DNA of 32,020 nucleotides from sequence record DRR723986_7184, one strand, 5' to 3'. The position numbers and the translations under genes are program-made. Positions within the stretch are counted from its first letter, which is position 1. Every line of letters begins with the position of its first letter. This document shows positions 19,601 through 26,817 of the stretch, one piece after another. A model generated the notes under the pieces. It was not told where the DNA came from. It did not search any database and worked only from the letters and a program-made list of their open reading frames with translations.

Positions 19601-20391
19601 GGAGCTGAGTTAGCGCCCTGAGGTGCATCGTAGTAAGGCTCATTCGTTACAAAGCGGTCAACCGTCGTATCCTTGCGGAAATTCTGGAAGTCCACATCAC
19701 GGAAGTACGCAGCGCGTGCACCAGGCAGAACCACAATGTGGCCCCACTCACGTGAGAACGAGTTAACCGGGTTACCACGCATTGTGATACGACTCGGAAC
19801 AACGTCAATTTCGCGACTTCCCAGTCGAGACCATGGACGCTGATTGATATTTGGATCTACGTTAGCGTTTTCCAAACGTGCGATCTTGTAAAGCATCGCG
19901 CCGCCTGGCGTCAGGTTTTGCAGACGTGAGTCTGAACCGGACAGATCAACACGGAACAGTTCGTTCGCTTTGTTGAAGTTGACCGTAGGTTCAGAAATGT
20001 TTGGCGAGGTGTAAACACCGTTTGCCGCGAAATAGTCCAGGTCGGCATAACCGGAGTAGAACGTCGGCGGATTGCCAGAAACTTTGATCGTTGTAAAGGG
20101 ATCAAAGGGATCATTAAAACGCGCAAATACGCGTCCGTCCGCAATCAAGCGTCCGCCAGCAGCCACGATAAGGCGACCATTTGGCTTAAACTCGACTGTG
20201 GCACCGGGCTCAACAAGAACCGTTCCAAAGATCCGCAATCGACCGTCGATCGTGTAGAGAATGTCCTTATTTAGAATACGGACTTCTCCCGGCTGAATAT
20301 CGCCGGTTATCAATTCTGATTGCGCATGCAAGGTTGTTGAAAGACCCGCTAGCGCTAGGAAAAGGATTACTGCACGAAACCAACGTTGCAT
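13645..20391 (-). CDS. Giant (2248 aa) T9SS-secreted adhesin-like protein: beta-helix with Pmp-like GGA/FxxN repeats, cadherin/He_PIG-like Ig domains, shared module, FlgD-Ig/CTD
   Basis: GGAGG RBS before ATG 20391; signal peptide ...TLHA-Q. Eleven GGA[ILVM] motifs with FxxN partners ending at GNYWG; PEWLQIDPVSGRLYGTP; LAQNTPNPF...VFDAIG...WDGRN..G..VANGVYVYRI...MILVR. Confidence 0.87.
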   Translation of the reverse strand: MQRWFRAVILFLALAGLSTTLHAQSELITGDIQPGEVRILNKDILYTIDGRLRIFGTVLVEPGATVEFKPNGRLIVAAGGRLIADGRVFARFNDPFDPFTTIKVSGNPPTFYSGYADLDYFAANGVYTSPNISEPTVNFNKANELFRVDLSGSDSRLQNLTPGGAMLYKIARLENANVDPNINQRPWSRLGSREIDVVPSRITMRGNPVNSFSREWGHIVVLPGARAAYFRDVDFQNFRKDTTVDRFVTNEPYYDAPQGANSAPYDGLSRRTAELTNGSGGALTTFSVRTWLVGCIFEDNFARYRGGAVQFLQAPLDNFGFAGSPGVYPDSRAAVAGLDNYPAGTNQAITDHLTGQEIAQDIKAIDELRNPTPEPLTDLERQLTDDGRLSIFLCRVRQLTFRNNTLLVSDHAVQFDDNGVPIGTGDVLDQAATIDLGDEVVNNNVRGADFKNGAFGGAMYIAGRDRMILSLGVNHECSPEDDFILFEGNTATNLQPDASATTVTTDETFGARGGALYVGANTSLIIGGRFADNSTNLGFNDDLRDASLGGAIYASNSTNWLNVRGGRQQADNALTYFDRNSAGSGGAIYQELTDPVRVASPIIGGSDFSLATRDYGFNIKFRENRAAIQGGAVYTKKSTWIHGAGGTVGTASNYGGNFRVELRDNWAGYAGGGLMVDIDDRLNFNAEDRRSRIVRSHFWSNTVATDTTTDGEVQGGGAIYTQHGDLYEVRATEFLNNRVWYGNGGAVAMVNVGRANNRSFITDFDVLNNGNVVENPTSSSQDPYTYNSDIDPDVRSLTRFLGNRAVGDLNNMGSGVTQLGDQIADREHPGLRANLTLIENGTGLGGALYILDESDIDRLSRPDRVNMNRVRVQDNEAYSGAAVYSDNYNLAVAFSRSLITGNVATSDVGSSQNAIFGPLVGQINPASSDLAGAVLYGEIVGPLPLVDYHTGANAIYSNEARFLIRLPDAPNTKGSLAQGLIGAGRISNMQGNYWGPSEANVTTIIEQTNTLQNTFFFRKSETNQLTYVRGSASLKDQGPFELNAGYRYTPIPVSDDFTVSIPENLLFQGHVYDIFDKGTDAKSLDYSNRRMARIEDFAVGIPPRLRQFEDADLPSFGKVIKRWTRDPFVAETDANVAQLQTEMHGPHAIGYPLFLESHTNYDGDVNRSNNDNRAIHETVYFVINENTGDYVRIGLQQVDATSEVFRGRVELVPDSSNRYFNVLDRRTSEGLSNFGGGSSLLQNISAKYQRENFASQFDAAMNEDQAALQGRRYEATPGLSGGAGFGYSNRPALDPTVALSHYGGERFTALPVRVGDTVRVISRTVLWKDGVNEAIAQGMKFGISASTLPPVLTGFKVRTEENQIVGYEPADGIDVIFLTEDLEYPQADPGNHPGRDSIFAISATDINRNIDPRALFQGDNFTQMEYEWEVEANSGLSRWLTSETFYPSDVNGTLHGASGWVHLTGRPTNPYIVPGGEIVTVRARNWAPYYRTVDSLRSIGVSEEEIAKYIYLYRPYFSACDYMTDQSKYLQQDSTNLGFNATTEYRFRIIITDSIPVFEEEDFACQKGDGDTLVASVLRDNSQFLRFQVDINTDDEREDRDAEATGWDFRYGRTKYGYEVVDVRPNPEDTARDNEYQNRPQWLGTDYLVDETGGNDNGLSFTDRGFIRVEIPYTDALGMLTPPDPANQSLVTDTSFTVIVSDGHGGTNMRTYPILINYQPLIQTETLDPATEDEDYNLALLDSTRAIQALDVNFGQVLTFELLYEADRDRTILLDECYPEAGDWNDIVQTASTPEWLQIDPVSGRLYGTPRVTDAPRLGGDAETVTVLVRDECGLTHIRQLTLEINEVNHRPELLQAPPVECIDFDGTYTGTFTVQDIDLARAIPNSAAERITLSVDEPSGWTVSPQVVSGPIESGESEFTISGTPPPAESRNSDGSVTVTIRAIDDEGEEALLVFRIAVSDETNFVSEISITNSEGAQEFLQWGTASDATTGKDEDAGGIGKLDSNYCEYEIPPVPVPPTVFDSRWDIPLREGTLRNIVPRSSEKPLTGVFQAGGTQNGLNYPVVICWDKSLLETADATAGDGLDWFIRDGDTKGNRFLINMREPVPFNRLENDVILTVEGDSVCLRILTSNVTGFEIVKEETGIVSVWEDPDTSGESILAQNTPNPFNGNTSVAFRVTEAGPVMLEVFDAIGNKVATLADDYYTPGQYSVMWDGRNVTGREVANGVYVYRITVGTETATRQMILVR

Positions 20392-20518
20392 ATACCCTCC
20401 GCAGGTGTAAAAATTACTGATTCTAACTTTATTGATTTTTTTCATGATTCTCAGAGTTGAACTAACCTACCGCGACGCCAAGGGGATGGGCGTCAAGCGG
20501 ATAATCATCGATTGAGCC

Positions 20519-21250
20519 TTATTGCAGTGTTTCTCCCAAGCGTGCTACGCCTGATTTTGCCTCACCGGCAAATTCGGAGAATTGATTGTCCGCTATGATC
20601 TCACGGTAGAGGCGCAGAGCACCTTTTGTATCACCGTCTTTCTCACGTAACATGGCAGCATAAAGCTGATAGCGTGGGCTGTTGCCCGTTGCATCTGCCT
20701 GCGTCGCAGCTTTTTCGTAAAGCGCAGCCGCTTCACCAAATTTACCGGACTCGGCTTTGCAAGCTCCCAAGCCGGCAAGCGCACCAATACGTGTTAGCGG
20801 GGACTCAGCACCGTTTGCACGGTTGAAGTATTCCTCAGCCTTGGAAAAGTTGCCTAACATTCGGTGGGACTGACCTGCATATAAAGCAGCAAGTTTTCCA
20901 GCTTCTGTATCACCATAACGTGATACGATTGTCTCAAGACCAATCGCAGGTATATTGCCCGGACCCGGAATCGAGTCGCCTGACAAGGCGTTTGCATATT
21001 GGCCATCCTGGTAAAAGGGACGTACCAGTGATAGTGCAGCTGTTGCCGATTCGCGCGCCTCATCCTGTGAGGAGACATACAGTGTGACGCCAAACCATAC
21101 TACAAAGAGTGCACCAATAGCGACCACAGCTATAATCATATAGCGTTTGATGGGGTCGCTTTGTTCTTCTTCCGCGTACTGTAACTCTTCCGCGCTAAGA
21201 ATTTCGTCCTGCGGCTCTTCTTCAGACCGCTTATTACTGTGTTTTTTCAT
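20519..21250 (-). CDS. Single-pass membrane TPR protein (YfgM-like)
   Basis: Acidic N-tail, one TM segment, then TPR-like helices (YGDTEAGKLAALYAG, GNFSKAEEYF, GKFGEAAALYEKAA). Start at ATG 21250 is probable. Confidence 0.75.
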   Translation of the reverse strand: MKKHSNKRSEEEPQDEILSAEELQYAEEEQSDPIKRYMIIAVVAIGALFVVWFGVTLYVSSQDEARESATAALSLVRPFYQDGQYANALSGDSIPGPGNIPAIGLETIVSRYGDTEAGKLAALYAGQSHRMLGNFSKAEEYFNRANGAESPLTRIGALAGLGACKAESGKFGEAAALYEKAATQADATGNSPRYQLYAAMLREKDGDTKGALRLYREIIADNQFSEFAGEAKSGVARLGETLQ

Positions 21251-21364
21251 CGTTTCCGCAATACTTGATCGGGGCAAAATGCTCTGAATCCGATCGTTCT
21301 AGATTGTCTAATGCTCGGTATGTAGGTCAGGCGCAAACATTCTGGCTACAGCGCCATTTGAATG

Positions 21365-21438
21365 CGCGCCCGGAGGGACTCGAACCCCCAACCTTTGGAA
21401 CCGGAATCCAACGCTCTATCCAGTTGAGCTACGGGCGC
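21365..21438 (-). tRNA. tRNA-Arg(CCG)
   Basis: GCGCCCGTAGCTCAACTGGATAGAGCG-TTGGA-TTCCGGT-TCCAA-AGGTTGGGGGTTCGAGTCCCTC-CGGGCGC-G forms a full cloverleaf with anticodon CCG; CCA not encoded. Confidence 0.97.
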
Positions 21439-21596
21439 ATAACTGCCCAGACAGTTAGCTGCACAGACTACAAATATATCACCAGAGTAGTTGATATTCA
21501 ACATAACTCTTAGTGATAGACCTGAAGTCGAGCAGTTACCCACCCATAGTCAACCGTAGCGGGTTCCCAGCCCACTGCACACCACAGGAGACTACA

Positions 21597-21613
21597 AACA
21601 ATTACCGTGCCAA
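21597..21613 (-). promoter_or_regulatory. Putative sigma54 (-24/-12) promoter
   Basis: TTGGCACGGTAATTGTT versus consensus TGGCACG-N4-TTGCW: one mismatch (C to T at -12). It points toward the tRNA, the TPR gene and the T9SS operon. Confidence 0.45.
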
Positions 21614-21646
21614 GAACTGGCTGACGCTGCAGGCGATATAATTCAC

Positions 21647-21752
21647 GGTCAAAAAGTTAAAAGTGTCAGATTTATTTACACTGTCATCCACACACCACAC
21701 TTTTTGCGTGCCAAAACCTGACACTTTTGTGCAAATCCCCTACTTTTTGACC
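21647..21752. repeat. Nested pair of perfect 11-bp inverted repeats
   Basis: GGTCAAAAAGT (21647-21657)/ACTTTTTGACC (21742-21752) encloses AAAAGTGTCAG (21659-21669)/CTGACACTTTT (21718-21728). Confidence 0.75.
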
Positions 21753-22287
21753 TATTTATATGCACACAATTAATTTTCCAGCATCTTGAAGATTCTTTGC
21801 ACTGCAATCACATCAGCGACATATGGACGACAGAATCGTGACAGAATGGCGTTGATTTTAAAGGACTTTGCCAGTGTGCTCTGAAGTATTGCTTGACCAA
21901 CAGCAAGTTTGTTTGCGCTTCAGAACATGTATTTGAGGGCGTGATTCAGGTCCGACCAGAAGGTCAGGAGCGTTATGCACGCGATTTGTGGCACGACATT
22001 AGGTAAATACCGCGCGGCAGGAGCCGGCGTGCACACCAATTCCACAGGCGTTTCAGGATCATATGAGTTTGACAGCTGCGCAGAGTGTTTGTTTTTTGTG
22101 CATTTTTGAAGAGGATTTGTGCACAGTGCTGCAACACGAGACGGAAGTCGGCGTAGCACCACAACGAAGCTGCAGCTTGGGTTGAGCACTATCCATGTAA
22201 AGTCGCAGTAGACGCAGCGGCGCACATCAACGCTTCGTTATCAGCATCATTTTTAGCATCTTTTTTAGCATATCGGAGAGGCACATT

Positions 22288-22668
22288 ATGCAGGTTGATC
22301 CAGAATTTCGCTACCCTGAATCCGAAGGGTTCATTAACATTCCAGTTTACATTGTACTGTCTATCGTGACTTTCGGTATCTGGTTTATTGTCTGGAAGTA
22401 CAAGCAGTTTCAGACGCTGAACGCCTGGCAGGGTGAGGAAGAGCACAACTTCGGCATGTGGCTGCTGCTCTCATTCCTGACCTGTTTTTACGTCTACGGC
22501 ATCTACTATGACTACAAGATTGCCAAATCGATCAATGTGATCCAGGAAACACACGGCCTGAAACCGAATAGCGACCTGCCAATGATCTCACTGCTCGTAA
22601 CGGTCTTTGGTTTTGGACTTGTGACAACGGCAATCCACCAGAATGACATCAACAAATTCTACAACTGA
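22288..22668 (+). CDS. DUF4234-like small membrane protein
   Basis: IVLSIVTFGIWFIVWKYK, LLLSFLTC..YGIYY.YK and terminal HQNDIN pattern; GGAGAGG RBS. Confidence 0.75.
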   Translation: MQVDPEFRYPESEGFINIPVYIVLSIVTFGIWFIVWKYKQFQTLNAWQGEEEHNFGMWLLLSFLTCFYVYGIYYDYKIAKSINVIQETHGLKPNSDLPMISLLVTVFGFGLVTTAIHQNDINKFYN

Positions 22669-23068
22669 TGCAAAGAGTGCGGGCAGCGGCATGGCCCTGC
22701 CCGCCCGTATTTTTCTGGCATTTCTGATTCTGGCAGGCGTGGTGCAACTCTTGTTTGAGCACTCGCATGATTCGATCACTCTGCTGCCCTGCCCTTTCCA
22801 CAGTATTACCGGCGTACAATGCCCCGGCTGCGGCATGACGCGCGCCTGCCTGGCGGCCTCAAAAGGTGAATTTGGCGCTGCATGGTTTTACCACCCCTTT
22901 GTTTATCTGTTGATTGGCGGCGCGCTCCTGGCCGCACTGGCTCCGCAGTACACCGAACCATTTCGAAAGCGCTTTGACCAACGGCAGCGCAGGCTTGTTA
23001 CACTTATTCTCCTGGCGGCAGTACTTTTATTCTGGATATATCGTCTGGCGAGCGGCTGGGTGGTGTAA
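22643..23068 (+). CDS. DUF2752-family membrane protein
   Basis: [19 protein letters not shown]...AAWFYHP signature; start may be 22691. Confidence 0.88.
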   Translation: MTSTNSTTDAKSAGSGMALPARIFLAFLILAGVVQLLFEHSHDSITLLPCPFHSITGVQCPGCGMTRACLAASKGEFGAAWFYHPFVYLLIGGALLAALAPQYTEPFRKRFDQRQRRLVTLILLAAVLLFWIYRLASGWVV

Positions 23069-23141
23069 TCACCGCAGCCCTGAATTGAACCGACGCCAGC
23101 CGGTGCCGGACTCTGACCGACTATTCCGCATGGACATTTTG

Positions 23142-23612
23142 ATGAGTACCAAGAAACTTCCAGTTCGCATTCAAAGACTGCGCACGGAGTGCGCGGACCT
23201 GCCGCTGCCCTTTCACGCCAGTTCCGGTGCCGCCGGGATGGATTTACATGCATGTATGACTGAAGAAGTCACGCTTCAACCGCAAGCCGTAACACTTGTT
23301 CCGACGGGTTTGGCGATTGCCCTGCCGCAGGGATATGAAGCCCAAATCCGCTCGCGCAGCGGCCTGGCAGCTAAAAATGGCGTGTTTGCGCTCAATTCTC
23401 CAGGAACGGTTGACAGTGACTATCGCGGCGAGATAAAAGTAATTCTGGCGAATTTTAGCCAGGAGCCTTTCTCCATACAGCCCGGTGCACGCATTGCACA
23501 GATGGTAGTGGCACAACATGCCACGGTGGAATGGACGGAGACCGAAAATCTGGATGAAACCGCGCGCGGAGATGGTGGCTTCGGCAGCACCGGAGTTGAC
23601 AAAAAGAGTTAA
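23142..23612 (+). CDS. dut: dUTP diphosphatase
   Basis: [32 protein letters not shown] and [10 protein letters not shown] motifs; start at 23142 or 23130. Confidence 0.97.
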   Translation: MSTKKLPVRIQRLRTECADLPLPFHASSGAAGMDLHACMTEEVTLQPQAVTLVPTGLAIALPQGYEAQIRSRSGLAAKNGVFALNSPGTVDSDYRGEIKVILANFSQEPFSIQPGARIAQMVVAQHATVEWTETENLDETARGDGGFGSTGVDKKS

Positions 23613-23779
23613 AAAGCGGAGGGCGGCACAGCCACAAGACTTATGCCCTGACCGACTTCAGGCAGGCTGTGCTGCTGAACTCTTTGCTCCCGGTGACAAA
23701 CAAGATGGATATGGAGCGCACCGCAGGTGAACGCGTTCAAGCCCCGCAAACAGATAAGATCACAAAACCCAAAAGTAGA

Positions 23780-25462
23780 TTAGCCTTCAGCCGGCAGGTC
23801 TTCGCGACCCTTTTGATCGATGGGAAGCTCAAAGGCGAACGTTGCGCCCTTGCCCAGGGAACTTTTGACCCAAACGCGACCGTGATGCGCCTCAACGATA
23901 CGTTTGACAATCCACAGCCCCAGGCCGGAACTGGTCTCGTTGTTCGTGGGACGCGCACTTAACTTGGCACCCTTACGGAATGCTTTTTTGACGTCTTCCT
24001 CGGAAAGCCCCAGACCATTGTCAGTGACTGAAATCTGGAATTTGGCACCGGCTTTTTTAGTGGAAACCTGAACCAATGCGCCTTTGTGGCTAAACTTGAT
24101 GGCATTCGAAAGTAGGTTGTCGAGGACTTCTTCGAGCTTGATGGCATCAACTTCAACTTCGGGAAGTGATTCGTCGAGGTCAATTGCGATTTTGATTTCC
24201 TTGGTCTGCGCCGTGCGATCGTTGCGCCGGCAGACGTCCTTAACCAGCTCTTCGATTGGATAACGCCCAAAATCGAGAGTAAGCGTGCCTGTTTCGAGAG
24301 CCAGCACCCGCGAAACTTCCTGAGCAAGGTTGAGAATTCGGCCGGACGTATCCAGCAGATCCTGCATGACTTCCTGTTGCTCCATCGCCGTCAGATCATA
24401 GGAACGCAGTAGCTCCACCAGGCCCTTGATAATGCCCGCAGGATTTTTGATATCGTGCACGACCATTGCAAACAGGTCATCTTTCTGCGTTTGCAGTTCT
24501 TCCAGTTGATGTTTGCTCTGCAGCAGCGAGTCCTGCTTATCGATCAGTTCGCGATTGCTTTCCTGCAGACTGGCGGTACGAACCTGAAGGGCTTCAATCT
24601 GTCCGCGCAGGCTTGCGATTTCAGCGCGCAAGGCACTGTTGGCAGCCAGCAATTCCTCATTGCTCATTGATGTGTTTTGCATGTCGGCACTTTCAGACGT
24701 CGATGTTGCACTGCCGCCGGACTGTGCGGCATCAGTGGAATTCCTGGCTAAATTTTGAGAAGATTTTTTACCGGCGCGAATCTGTCGAATAATGCCCCAG
24801 GCGACAGCGCCAATAACTACCAGCGCGAGCAAGGCGATAAGGTAGTTTAACAGATTACTATTATCGGTGGACGCAGGCAAATCTTCAGTTGTACTGCTGG
24901 TGTCTTCCACCACTTCATCAGTCTCTGGCTCCGGCTTGGGACTGGGCTTGAGATTGGCACGTTTCCAGGCAACTGCCAGAGAGTCATCAACCCGAAAGCG
25001 CACGGACTTGGGAAGCGTTTGCCAGTCGGCGGGATGGCCAAATGCAAACACACTGAAAGTGTATCCGCTTTCGGGTAAGCCGGTGAATTTGCGTGGAGTT
25101 TTGTTGACGTCTTTGGCCGCCGGAAATCCATTGTCCATTTGCAGGACGGTGCGGAAGAGGAAAGGGTCGCGTTCGGCGCCGTTATTATCACACCAATAGT
25201 AGAATGCGATGGTGTCGGCGCGGGCAACGACAAGTTGATTCCAGAGGTTTTGCGGCACGAGCAGGGAATCATTTCCATCGAGAACCACAATGCGCTGAAT
25301 TCTGGCTTCGCGCTCAACCGGGGCGGCGGCCTCTCCGGCAGTATCCTGTGCTGAGGCGGGTGAAGCAAAAAACAGGCACAGGAATAGTCCGGGCAGGACC
25401 GCGAGGAACGATTGCCGTAGGCACGTGGCAGCCGAGCTTAGAGAGCTCTTATCGATCTTCAT
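23780..25462 (-). CDS. Membrane sensor histidine kinase with an extracytoplasmic Y_Y_Y-like domain
   Basis: Signal peptide; FTGLPESGYTFSVFA; TM; coiled coil; H-box VHDIKNP, N-box NLLSNAIKFS, G1 DNGLG, G2 SGLGL. Start at ATG 25462 is probable. Confidence 0.88.
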   Translation of the reverse strand: MKIDKSSLSSAATCLRQSFLAVLPGLFLCLFFASPASAQDTAGEAAAPVEREARIQRIVVLDGNDSLLVPQNLWNQLVVARADTIAFYYWCDNNGAERDPFLFRTVLQMDNGFPAAKDVNKTPRKFTGLPESGYTFSVFAFGHPADWQTLPKSVRFRVDDSLAVAWKRANLKPSPKPEPETDEVVEDTSSTTEDLPASTDNSNLLNYLIALLALVVIGAVAWGIIRQIRAGKKSSQNLARNSTDAAQSGGSATSTSESADMQNTSMSNEELLAANSALRAEIASLRGQIEALQVRTASLQESNRELIDKQDSLLQSKHQLEELQTQKDDLFAMVVHDIKNPAGIIKGLVELLRSYDLTAMEQQEVMQDLLDTSGRILNLAQEVSRVLALETGTLTLDFGRYPIEELVKDVCRRNDRTAQTKEIKIAIDLDESLPEVEVDAIKLEEVLDNLLSNAIKFSHKGALVQVSTKKAGAKFQISVTDNGLGLSEEDVKKAFRKGAKLSARPTNNETSSGLGLWIVKRIVEAHHGRVWVKSSLGKGATFAFELPIDQKGREDLPAEG

Positions 25463-25649
25463 ACACCAGAATAACCCATTCTCGATTCCGCGGCACAGCA
25501 GATTCGATACCACTGCCGCACCTGAGCGCGGCTCCCCAATACATGTGCCGCGCTGATTCAGATACAAGTCTAAGCGCCGGGCGTTCCGCGGAAGAAACGC
25601 CCGCTTGCCGGCCAAACAGAATCGAAAGATTCAGTTGGGACCGACACTT

Positions 25650-26672
25650 TTACACTTCTGACTCGGTCGGAACTTCACCGCTTTGTTGTTTACGCAGATT
25701 TTCAATGTCTGCGTCGACCATGATTTTCACCAATTCTTTGAACTTGACCTTGGGTTCCCAGCCGAGCACGTTGCGTGCTTTGGCGGGATCACCAATCAGA
25801 AGGTCAACTTCGGCGGGGCGGAAGTAACGCTGATCGATTTCAACGTACTTTTCCCAATCGAGTTCAGCATGTGCGAATGCCTCTTCAAGGAAGTCGCGCA
25901 CCGAATGTGTTTCGCCGGTGGCGATAACGTAGTCTTCGGGATTCTCCTGCTGCAGCATCATCCACATGGCTTCAACATATTCCTTGGCATAACCCCAGTC
26001 GCGCTTGGCGTCCAGATTGCCCAGGAAGAGTTTGTCTTGCAGGCCGGCTTTGATGCGTGCCAGTGCGCGCGTGATTTTGCGCGTCACAAAGGTTTCACCA
26101 CGGCGTGGAGACTCGTGGTTAAAAAGGATGCCGTTCACGGCGAACATGTCGTAGGATTCGCGATAGTTTACGGTAATCCAGTATGCGTATACTTTGGCGC
26201 AGGCATAAGGGCTGCGCGGATAGAACGGCGTTTCTTCGCTCTGCGGTACTTCGTGAACCTTGCCGTACATCTCACTGGATGAGGCCTGGTAGAACTTGGC
26301 CGGAACACCCGTCTCGCGAATCGCATCCAGCAGTCGTACTGTTGCCAGACCGGAGACATCACCGGTAAACTCGGGGAGGTCAAAGCTGACGCGTACGTGG
26401 CTCTGGGCACCCAGATGATAGATTTCATCGGGGGCATTCTTTTCAATTAATCGATTCAGGTTGGAGGAATCGGACAAGTCACCGTAGTGCAGAAAGAGTT
26501 TGGATTCCGGATTGTGACGGTCCGTATACAGGTGGTCAATACGACTGGTATTGAACGTTGAAGCACGCCGGATGATACCGTGAACTTCGTAGCCTTTTTC
26601 CAAGAGAAGTTCGGCCAAATACGATCCGTCTTGTCCTGTTATCCCGGTAATCAGCGCCTTCTTGTTTGCCAT
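25650..26672 (-). CDS. gmd: GDP-mannose 4,6-dehydratase
   Basis: [53 protein letters not shown] and [10 protein letters not shown]. Confidence 0.98.
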   Translation of the reverse strand: MANKKALITGITGQDGSYLAELLLEKGYEVHGIIRRASTFNTSRIDHLYTDRHNPESKLFLHYGDLSDSSNLNRLIEKNAPDEIYHLGAQSHVRVSFDLPEFTGDVSGLATVRLLDAIRETGVPAKFYQASSSEMYGKVHEVPQSEETPFYPRSPYACAKVYAYWITVNYRESYDMFAVNGILFNHESPRRGETFVTRKITRALARIKAGLQDKLFLGNLDAKRDWGYAKEYVEAMWMMLQQENPEDYVIATGETHSVRDFLEEAFAHAELDWEKYVEIDQRYFRPAEVDLLIGDPAKARNVLGWEPKVKFKELVKIMVDADIENLRKQQSGEVPTESEV

Positions 26673-26817
26673 CGGATAGCTGCTCGCCTACTCGTTATTA
26701 AGTTTGTGCGTTTGCCGGCGGACCGGCCCGTTCGCGTCCTGATTGATACAATCCTGCAATATACCAAAGATTTTAACCAGATGGCGCGTTCTGCTCAGAT
26801 TCGCACAAATTCGCGCC

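Noticed and set aside
6198-20391. Interpretation as a true cellulosome or polysaccharide utilisation locus
   Set aside because: No recognisable GH/PL/CE catalytic motifs, no CBM3 and no SusC/SusD genes in the window.
21365-21438. tRNA as an integration site for a genomic island carrying the T9SS cluster
   Set aside because: No integrase or transposase and no duplicated tRNA 3' end seen in the window; the cluster's codon usage looks host-optimised.
21989-22004. Plus-strand TGGCACG as a sigma54 promoter for the DUF4234 gene
   Set aside because: No TTGC-like -12 element at the required spacing (TGGCACG-ACAT-TAGGT).
21920-22225. Short ORFs in the intergenic region
   Set aside because: No RBS, motifs or protein-like composition; treated as non-coding.
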